From Vicinamibacteria bacterium (GTDB taxonomy: Bacteria; Acidobacteriota; Vicinamibacteria; Marinacidobacterales; Marinacidobacteraceae), in assembly GCA_965199715.1 (NCBI GenBank), contig OZ241322.1, positions 2,284,157 through 2,348,156 of the forward strand: a stretch of DNA of 64,000 nucleotides, read 5' to 3'. The position numbers and the translations under genes were made by a program. The notes under the pieces are model-generated. The model saw only the letters and a list, made by a program, of their open reading frames with translations. It was not told the DNA's origin and did no database searches. Within the stretch, counting starts at the first letter, position 1. Each line of letters begins with the position of its first letter. Shown piece by piece: positions 18,312-27,732 of this stretch.

Positions 18312-18434
18312 GTCGCGAACGAAGTTTGGGCGGAGCGGGTTCCGGTACTATCCGCAATGCGTCCACTATTGACGCACTCGCCTGCGTCCGCGCGGCGCGC
18401 CGACCCGCCGTAAGGGCGTCAGGAGGTCACCGCA

Positions 18435-18713
18435 TTGCGAGCAGCGCGCACGGTCGGATCGCGGACCGGCCCGTCGTGGAAACGTCCCTCCAACTGGTGG
18501 AACGAGCCCGCCGATCCGTACCACAGCCGCGCGGCGTCGCGAGTCTCGAGCCGGTCCCGGAGTCGCTGGCCGATCTGGGATCTGCTGATGCGGGGGTTGC
18601 GCATCCGCCGCTTCCGCTGGTTCGTCGAGAAGTCGCCGCGCCGGCACGCGCGCCCGAAGCCCGGGGCGCGGTACGAGCGGTACGTCGCGGCCCACTCCGG
18701 GCAGGAGGAGTGA
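18435..18713 (+). CDS. Small Arg-rich hypothetical protein or gene remnant
   Basis: AGGAGG at 18421-18426, 8 nt before TTG. In frame with an upstream ATG (18357) but separated from it by one TAA. Confidence 0.3.
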   Translation: MRAARTVGSRTGPSWKRPSNWWNEPADPYHSRAASRVSSRSRSRWPIWDLLMRGLRIRRFRWFVEKSPRRHARPKPGARYERYVAAHSGQEE

Positions 18714-18720
18714 CCGCGGG

Positions 18721-19751
18721 TCAGGCGGCGTAGCCGCGAAGGTCGGCCTCGACCTCGGCGAGGGGGCGGTCCAGCAGTTGGGCGGCCCGGATCGGCGCGA
18801 TCAGATCCTCCCCGACGGCGCGCCAGACGAGCCGCTCGAACCGCTGCGGTCGTTCCTCCCGGGCGAGGCGATCGTCCAAGCCGATCGGCTCGGCCTGCTC
18901 GACGGGCCACGGGCGGGCGTAGGTGCGGAAGGCGCGGTCCACCGCGGCCCGCGAGGGGACGCCGACCTGCCCCAGGCAGACCAGCAGGGCCGCCGCGGGG
19001 ACCCCGCAGAGCCGCTTCAGGCGCATGAGTTCGGGGACACCGAATCCGGTGCGGCGCGGACCGACGTCCCGCCGCTGGCGCCCCCCGGGCGTCAGGAAGG
19101 CCGCGGGGAATCGGTCCGCCGCCTGCCCGGACGCGGTCTCGAGCGCGCGGCGTCCGAGCTCGCGGGCGAGGTGGAACCGTTTCCGTTCGACGCCGCTGCG
19201 ACCGGAGACCAGCGCCAGCGGAACCACCCGGCAGGAGTCCGAGAGTCGGGCCTCCCCGGTTAGCGCGTGGACGTTGTCCGGCAGGTGCGCCTCGATCACC
19301 CTCACGTCGCGATCCTCGAGAAGGCGCGTCATGCTCGGAATCGGGCGATTCCCGAGCGTGCCGCAGCCGGTCCGCGACCTCTTCGATGGAGCCGCCGCCG
19401 GCGAGCCGTTCGGCCAAGCGCGGAAACGGATCGCCGGGGTCCGGGATCTCCAGGATCGCTTCGATCGCCAGATGCGCCTCGAGCCGTTCGGTGGCGACCG
19501 TTTCCACGCGCGCCCGATCCCGAACCGAAGCGCGCGAGCGGAATTCAATCCCCTCCAGCGCGGTGACCCAGGTTCCCATCAGGAAGTCGAGCGAGACGTC
19601 GAGCGCACGTCCGAGGCTGACGAGCACGGCCGCGGAAGGGAGCATCTTCCCGTTCTCGTACCGGCTGAGGGTCTTGGCGCTCACCGGCGGCGAGATTGCG
19701 AAGCGAGAGGCCCGCTTTCTTCCGCGCCAGCTTCAACCGTTGGTCGAACAC
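18721..19751 (-). pseudogene. XRE-family HTH + ImmA/IrrE metallopeptidase regulator, decayed
   Basis: GTG 19751 VFDQRLKLARKKAGLSLRNL, frameshift ~19685, VSAKTLSRYENGKMLP...ADRLRHA, frameshift ~19355, LGNRPIPSMTRLLE...ERKRFHLARELGR. The AHELGH zinc motif is degenerate. Confidence 0.85.
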
Positions 19752-19909
19752 TCCCCGAGCCTCTTCGGAGGCGGCCAACTCAGCTCGTGAGCCCCGAGGC
19801 GGGCGCGAGGGGCCCCGTGCGACGCCGGAGCCTTTCCGATACCGTATCGCTCCGCAATCCAACCGGCGCCCGGCGTCTCCGGGGCCGTCGTCCGAAGGAG
19901 GACATCCCA

Positions 19910-20404
19910 ATGCGCACCGTCTCGCTCGCCCTCGTCGGGCTCGTCGTCACGGCGGCCGCCGTCGCCCACCCGCACTTCAACAAGACCGTCTCCACCACCG
20001 TGGGCGAAGTCGAGGTCTCGGTCCGCTACAACTCGGCGGACGCCAACATGGAGCGCGTCGCCGCCGTCGAGGCGGGCACGTTCGTCGCTCCGCGCAACCC
20101 GCGGCTGATGCTCTCCGCCGGCGTGATGTCGGGCGACATGTCGATCGGCGCCGGCGAGTACGTCATCGGCGTCATCAGGGGCGACGACGGAAGCTGGACC
20201 ATGGCGCTGCACGAGGGCATGATCGACCGCGAGATGGGCCCGGACATGAGCAAGGTCATGAAGCTGGACTCCCGCTACTCCGAGGGCATGGGCACCGCCG
20301 ACCACATGCTCATCGACATCACCGCGGGCTCCGGCGATTTCGCCGGCAAACCGGTGCTCACGATCCACTTCGGCAACATGCACCTGCAGGGGGCGATCGG
20401 CTGA
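19910..20404 (+). CDS. Secreted protein, DUF2911-like
   Basis: AAGGAGGA RBS, signal peptide MRTVSLALVGLVVTAAAVA, strong GC3 bias, VSVRY...IGAGEY pattern. Family call is tentative. Confidence 0.75.
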   Translation: MRTVSLALVGLVVTAAAVAHPHFNKTVSTTVGEVEVSVRYNSADANMERVAAVEAGTFVAPRNPRLMLSAGVMSGDMSIGAGEYVIGVIRGDDGSWTMALHEGMIDREMGPDMSKVMKLDSRYSEGMGTADHMLIDITAGSGDFAGKPVLTIHFGNMHLQGAIG

Positions 20405-20420
20405 CGACCGCCTGAACCGA

Positions 20421-20449
20421 CCGGCGCCGGGGCCGCTCCCCGGCGCCGG
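20421..20449 (+). terminator. GC-rich stem-loop after the gene (possible terminator)
   Basis: Perfect 12-bp inverted repeat CCGGCGCCGGGG-ccgct-CCCCGGCGCCGG, 16 nt after the stop; no U-tract. Confidence 0.5.
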
Positions 20450-20520
20450 CCTCCAGTCAGCCCTGAACTTGCTGACTGACTTGCGTCGGTCGTTGGGTCG
20501 GCCCTTCGTAGCGCACGCCC

Positions 20521-22179
20521 ATGGCGAAAATGATCCCGGAGTCGCTGGTCGCCGGAACGCCGGGTTCCGAGCGACGGCTGTACGAGAGCTTCCGCAACGA
20601 GCTTCCGGATGCCTGGACCGTGATTCACGGGCAGCGCTTCTTGCTTCCGGAACGGGGAGCGCGGAGCCAGGAGGGGGAACTCGATTTTCTGATCCTCGAT
20701 CCCGAGCGCGGCGGGCTCGGGCTGGAGGTCAAGGGGGGTCGGGTCAAGCGGGGCGTCAAGGGGTGGTCGTCCGTAGATCGCCGCGGCCAGGAACACGCCA
20801 TCAAGGACCCCGGCAAGCAGGCGCAGAATGCGATCCACGCGCTCCGACGTTATCTGGAGTCATCTCCCCTTTTCGGCGGCGAGGGGCATTCGTGCTCCTT
20901 CATATGGGGCGTCGCGCTTCCTGACGTCAGTTGCGATGGAGACCTCGGTTCCGACCTCCCCCGCGAGGCCATTCTCGACAGCTTCGACCTGTCGCAGCCG
21001 TGGGCGGCGCTTGAGCGGATGTTCCGCGCCCGAGGCCTGAAGCGCGGCCCCAAGCTCGCGCGCAAGGGCATGACTGCGCTTCGGCGCGCCTTCTTCATGC
21101 GGCACCCGTCCCCCGCGCGGCTCGCGCTCTTCGTTCACGAGGGCAACCGGGAGCTGAGGCGCCTGACTGAGGAACAGCGGGAGAAGATGGACTTCATCGA
21201 GGGGGAGCGGCGGGCGATGATCGACGGCTCGGCGGGGACGGGGAAGACCGTGCTCGCCGCCGAAACGGCGCGGCGGCGCGCGGCGGCGGGGGATCGCGTC
21301 CTGCTCCTTTGCTACAACCGCCCGCTGGCTCGATACCTCAGGGAGCACGCGAACGGTTACGCCGCCGAGACCTTTCACCGGTTCTGCAGTCGCATGGCGG
21401 AGCGGGCCGACATTCCGTTCGTCCCGGACGGATCCGCCGAGTTCTGGGATGAGGAGGCGCCGACGATCCTCATGGACGCGCTCGGCGCGTCGCCCGATGA
21501 GCGGTACGACTCGATCGTCGTGGATGAGGGACAGGACTTCCGGCCGGACTGGTGGGAGTGCCTCGAGTTCGCGCTGCGTGACGACGACAGTCGGCTGTGC
21601 GCCTTCCGCGACCCGAACCAGATCCTGTCCCCTCGGGGACTCCCGACGGATCGCCCGGCCGCCGCGCCCGGCGTGGCGTCACCCGTATTTCCCCGGCACG
21701 CGTATCCGCTCCGCACGAACTGCCGGAACACCGAAGCGATCGCCCGGTACGCCGAGCGGTTCCTCGAAAGGGAACCGATCCTGAAGCTGGGCGCTCCGCC
21801 GGGGCGCCCGGTCCGGTCGGTGAAATGCGGCGACAATCGCGGCTTGATCACGAGGATCGGCGCCCAACTGGAACGGCTCGTGGACGAGGAGGGGCTGGAT
21901 CTGAACGAGATCGGCGTGATCTCGACTCGGGCCATCCAGGATTTTCCGTTTGAGGGAAATCGGAAGGCCGCGCGCTTCAGTCTCCTCCCCTGCGACGATC
22001 CGCGGGTCGGAAGCGAGCGCTGCGTCGCGTTCGACACGGTGAAGCGCTGGAAAGGACTGGAGCGGGAAGTCCTGCTGTTCCTCGACTTCGGCGCGGCGGG
22101 CGATCCGGTCACCCCGCGCGAGCGTTACGTGGCCGCGTCCCGGGCCAAGCTCGTGCTGATCGAATTCCGCGTCGGCTGA
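20521..22179 (+). CDS. NERD nuclease domain + SF1 (UvrD-like) helicase
   Basis: EGELDFLI...LEVKGG (NERD), GSAGTGKT, DEGQDF, NCRNT, KGLE, YVAASRA. Confidence 0.88.
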   Translation: MAKMIPESLVAGTPGSERRLYESFRNELPDAWTVIHGQRFLLPERGARSQEGELDFLILDPERGGLGLEVKGGRVKRGVKGWSSVDRRGQEHAIKDPGKQAQNAIHALRRYLESSPLFGGEGHSCSFIWGVALPDVSCDGDLGSDLPREAILDSFDLSQPWAALERMFRARGLKRGPKLARKGMTALRRAFFMRHPSPARLALFVHEGNRELRRLTEEQREKMDFIEGERRAMIDGSAGTGKTVLAAETARRRAAAGDRVLLLCYNRPLARYLREHANGYAAETFHRFCSRMAERADIPFVPDGSAEFWDEEAPTILMDALGASPDERYDSIVVDEGQDFRPDWWECLEFALRDDDSRLCAFRDPNQILSPRGLPTDRPAAAPGVASPVFPRHAYPLRTNCRNTEAIARYAERFLEREPILKLGAPPGRPVRSVKCGDNRGLITRIGAQLERLVDEEGLDLNEIGVISTRAIQDFPFEGNRKAARFSLLPCDDPRVGSERCVAFDTVKRWKGLEREVLLFLDFGAAGDPVTPRERYVAASRAKLVLIEFRVG

Positions 22180-22182
22180 GCG

Positions 22183-23019
22183 CTACCGGCGTTCGGCCGC
22201 GAGCGCCTCCTCGTACAGCCGCTCGTAGCGCCGGACCGCCTCCTCGAACCCCTCCGGGTCCACGAAGCGTTCCGGGTCGTGGGGGTCGCCCGGCTGGAAC
22301 TTGTCGTGGAGGCCGTACTGGGAGGCGTGGGCCGCGACCCAGACGTCCACCTCCATGGCCTTCTGACGGCGGAACGTCTTCTCGTAGTCGTCGGCGATGC
22401 CCGGATAGGTTGCGTCGATCCGCAGTCCGGTTCCCGGGTTGATGGAGCCGAGGTTGGCGAGCGCCACCCGGTACTCGCGCCCGCCGTCGCTCGTCGTCAT
22501 CAGGTAGGTCGAGCTCCCGACCGTGTGGCCGGGGGTCTCCACGACGGTGAGCCGGATCGCGCCGAGCCGGACGACCTCGCCGTCCTTCAGGATGCGGTCC
22601 ACCGGCACGGCCCGGAATCCGAGCTCGCCGCCGAACAGCGGGTCCTCGAGGCCGCCGGACTCGAGGAGCGGCGCGTCTCCCGCAGTCGCCCACATCTCGG
22701 CCCCGGCGATCTCCCGGATCTCGGCGAGCGCGGCGGCGTGGTCCCAGTGCGCTTGCATGGTGAGCAGGACGCGTACGTCCTCCAGCCGGAACCCGAGCGA
22801 CTCGACGTTCGCCCGGATCATGGCCGTGGAATCCTCGAGGCCCGAGTTCACGAGGACGTGCCCCTCGTCCGAGACGATGAGGAAGCACCCGAGGTCCCAC
22901 GTGCCCACCGAGTAGAGGTCGCCGACGATCCGGTGGCCGGGGAACGGGCGCGACCACTCCTCGGGCTGGGCGCCGGCGGAACCGACGATCAGAAGGCTGA
23001 GGACGAGGAGGCGTTTCAT
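22183..23019 (-). CDS. Subclass B3 metallo-beta-lactamase (Gln variant)
   Basis: Signal peptide; PFPGHRIVGDLYSVGT; QAHWDH in place of HxHxDH; TPGHT; AAHASQ. Confidence 0.88.
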   Translation of the reverse strand: MKRLLVLSLLIVGSAGAQPEEWSRPFPGHRIVGDLYSVGTWDLGCFLIVSDEGHVLVNSGLEDSTAMIRANVESLGFRLEDVRVLLTMQAHWDHAAALAEIREIAGAEMWATAGDAPLLESGGLEDPLFGGELGFRAVPVDRILKDGEVVRLGAIRLTVVETPGHTVGSSTYLMTTSDGGREYRVALANLGSINPGTGLRIDATYPGIADDYEKTFRRQKAMEVDVWVAAHASQYGLHDKFQPGDPHDPERFVDPEGFEEAVRRYERLYEEALAAERR

Positions 23020-23040
23020 GCGCCGGCGGTATCGCGCCCC

Positions 23041-24095
<1,055 letters not shown>

Positions 24096-24099
<4 letters not shown>

Positions 24100-26102
24100 G
24101 GCGCCGGATCCGGGCCGCCGGTGATGCGGCGCAGCAGGTCGGCCGCCTCGGCGGCGAAGGGATCCTCCGCGGGCACCGACTCGAGGTGCTCGAGCGCGTC
24201 CTCCATCCGGCTCTGGCTGAGCCGGGTCACCGCCATGAAGAAGTGGATGCCCGGCTGCGCCGGATCGAGCCGGAAGCTCTGCTCGAACGCGCGGGCGGCG
24301 GCGACCGTGTTTCCGTCCAGCACGTGGAGCCGGCCGAGGTTGAGCTGCTGAGACGCGTCGTCGGCGAAGAACGCGCCCCGGACCGCGTGCCGCCGCTTCG
24401 CCGCTTCGAACGTCTCCCCGGCCTCGCCGTCCAGCCTCCGCACGCCGAGGTTCAGGAGCGAGATCGCCGCGTTCATGCGGACCGCGCGGGTCTCGTCGGC
24501 GACCCGCTCCACGAGCGCGTCCTGGATTCCGGCGGCGTCGGCGCGGCGCACCTCGCCCAGCTTGAGCGCGGCCACCGCCCGCACCAGCGGATGCTCGTCG
24601 TCGGCGGCCCGTAGCAGGGCGCCGACCGCGTCCTCCTGCGTCTCCGGATCGCCGATGTAGCGGGCGAGGTGGCCGGTCGAGTTGGCGCGGTTCAGCGGCC
24701 CCTCGCCCTCGTCCGCCGACATGTCGAGCAGCGCGTCGAGCGCGTCGCGCGAGAGCGTCCGCGCCCCCGAGTACGCCATCGCCCGCCGCTCGATCCGGCG
24801 GCGGCGCGGGGTGTCCCCCCACCGCTCGTCCATCCGCTCCTTCGCCCACGCCGGCGTCTCGGTCGTATGGCACAGGTTGCAGGCGTTCGGGACGCCGTGC
24901 TGGATCGTGTTCTCGGGGGACGGCACCGAGATGCTGTGGTCGCGCATCGTCGCCCGGATACTCGTCACCGAGCGCGGCATGTGGCACTCGACGCAGCGAG
25001 TTCCGCTAGAGCCCTCCGGATGGAACGAGTGCGCCGCCGCGTCCGCCGCGATGGGCTCGTGGCAGCCGGCGCAGATCGCGTCGTTCTCGGGCCGGAGCTG
25101 CGGGCTGCTCTCGATCTCCGGGCGGTGCGGCGAGGTGTGGCAGCCGGTGCAGGTCGCCCCGCCGGCGACGAAGCACTCGCTTTGCCACAGCCCGAGCGCG
25201 TTCGTGGAGAAGCGCCGCGTCTTGCCGTCCACGTGCCAGGTCGGGTCGCTGCTGTCCTCCTGGCTGTACTCGAGCAGCGGAAAGAAGAAGTCGTAGTAGT
25301 CCTCGCCGGCGGCGAACCCGAAGGCGAGCTGGTCGCGGAACGAGTGGCACTGGGCGCAGACCATGCTGTTCCGCTTCGGATCGAGCTCGGTCTGGACCAC
25401 GATCCACGAGTTGGGATCGTCGGCGTAGGCGGCCGGGTTCGCGTACCTGTCCACGTGGCGGCTGCCGGGCCCGTGGCACCGCTCGCAGGTAGTTCCGAAG
25501 TCCAGCCAGTCGGTCTCGTACGCGCCCTCCGCCGGGCGGAACCCCTTGACCTGGTCGCTCACGTGGCAGCCGAAGCAGTTCTTGTTCCAGAGCTGGACCG
25601 GCACCGTGCCGGCCTCCTCCCGCTGGTCCGGCGCCGCGATCTCGAGGTTGTGGAACCACTCCTCCCGGAGCACGTCCCAGCTCGGCGGCAGCACGACGAC
25701 GCGACCGTCCTCGAGCGTGGTCAGGTAGTGCTGGATGCGGCGGTTGCCGAGCGTGTAGTCCACGCGGCGCTCGACCGGGGTTCCGGTGAGGAAGGACTCG
25801 GTGATGAAGAAGCTGGTCCCCTCCCGGCGGAAGCCGTACTCCTGGCTCCGCAGCCGCACCGCGCCCGCGCCGAAGTCGCCCCGGACCGCCTGGGGAACCG
25901 CCGGCTGGACCATCTTCGAGTGGCGCGACGAGGACCACACCTGGTGCGCGGACTCGTGGCAGGTCTGGCAGCGGGCGGCGCCGACCATCATCGCCGGCTG
26001 TTCGGCGAGCGGCGGGACCTGCTGGCCTCCGGGAGCGCCGCGCGCGTCCAGCCCGATGACGGCGAGCGCCGCGCCGACCGCGAGAAGCAGCCAGCGGTTC
26101 AC
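24096..26102 (-). CDS. Multiheme cytochrome c (8 CxxCH) with HEAT and TPR repeats
   Basis: Signal peptide; CQTCH, CFGCH, CERCH, CAQCH, CTGCH, CAGCH, CVECH, CNLCH; DEHPLVRAVAA HEAT-like repeats; C-terminal TPRs. Confidence 0.9.
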
Positions 26103-27732
26103 CGTCCCGGCTCCTCGATCGCGATCCGCCCGCCCTCGGGCGGCGGGACGAACTCGGATTCGCCGCCGCCCGGCCAGCGCACCCGCACGAGCGAGGCGGT
26201 TCCGTCTTCGCCCAGCCCGAGCAGCGCCGGGAGCTGGTTCTGGGAGGCGTATCCGGTGGCGCTCTTCACGATGCGGGTCTCGTCGCGGGCGGCCCCGCCG
26301 CTTTCGACCGTGACCGTGATCTTCGCACCGATGGCGTCGCGATTCGACCCGCGCCCGGCGAGGCGCACCTCGAGGAAGCGCCTGCCGTTTCCGGCGTCGT
26401 TGCGGAACAGGCGCGCCGGCCCGCCGTTCGCGCTCACCGCCAGGTCGGGATCGCCGTCGCCGTCGACGTCTCCGAAGGCCGCGCCCCGGGCGACCATCGG
26501 GCGGGCGAGGTCGGGGGAGTCGCCCGTCGTCTCCTCGAACCCGCCCGCGCCGTCGTTGCGGAACAGGTGCGGCGGCTGGCGCCACGTCACCCGCTGCTGC
26601 ACCCGGGCGATGTCGTTCTCCACGTGCCCGTTGGCGAGGAAGACGTCTTCCCGCCCGTCGAGGTCGTAGTCGAAGAAGAAGGCGCCGAACGCGAGCGTGA
26701 GCAGGCTGTTCCGCCCGATCTCGGACACCGGCGCCTGGTCGATGAAGAAGCCCACGCCCTCGTTGCGGTACAGCGAGACCATCTCGTTCGAGAAGTTGCC
26801 GATGACGATGTCGGCGAGGCCGTCCCCGTCGTAGTCCGACGCGTCGATCCCCATCGCGCCCGGGCGGCGCCGTTCTCGCCGAACGCGATCCCGGCGAGCA
26901 CTCCCGAGTCCTCGAAGCGGCCGTCGCCGAGGTTCCGGTAGAGGTAGTTGGGCTGGGTGTCGTTCGCCACCGCGAGGTCGAGCCAGCCGTCGTCCTCGAG
27001 ATCCAGCACCGCGACCCCGAGGCCCTTGCCCGAGGGGTTGAGGAGGCCGGACCCGGCGGTCGCGTCGGCGAAGCGCCCGCCCTCGTTCCGGTACAGGACC
27101 GCGCTCGCCCCGTCGTAGGACTCGGGAGTGCAGTAGCTCTTGTTGGACCCGTCGAGAGCGCAGAAGATGTCGTCCTCGATCGACCACTGCACGTAGTTCA
27201 CGACGAAGAGGTCGAGGTCGCCGTCCCGGTCGGGGTCGAACCAGGTGGCGCCCGCCGAGAATCCGGGGTGGGCCACGTCGCCCGCTTCGGGGGCCGGCGC
27301 GAAGACCCCGTCGCCCCGGTTGGCGAGGAGCCGGTTCTCGCCGAGCGCCGCCAGATACACGTCCTGGTCCCCGTCGGCGTCGTAGTCGGCGATGGCGACC
27401 CCGATTCCGTAGAGCGGCTCGTCGAGGCCGGAGCCCCCGGTCGCGTCCTCGAACCGCCCGTCGCCGAGGTTGCGGTAGAGCGCGGCGACCGGTTCCGGAG
27501 CCTCGCGCCGTCCCGGCCAGCGGCGGCTGTTCACGAACAGCAGATCCTGGTCGCCGTCGCCGTCCATGTCGAAGAACGCGACGCCGCTGCCCATCGTCTC
27601 GGGGAGGTACTTCTCGCCGAACGCGCCGTTCTCGTGGACGAAGTCGATCCCCGCCTCCTGGGTGATCTCGACGAAGTCCTGCGCGCTCGCGGCCCCGGCG
27701 AGGAGCGCGAGCAGCGCCGCGCGGCGGATCAC
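26099..27732 (-). CDS. CRTAC1-family FG-GAP / ASPIC-UnbV protein, with a 1-nt frameshift at ~26,860
   Basis: N-half KYLPETMGSGVAFFDMDGDGD... and C-half MGIDASDYDGDG...SNRDAIGA...GYASQ lie in different frames. One extra G restores ...AARGAMGID. Confidence 0.85.
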
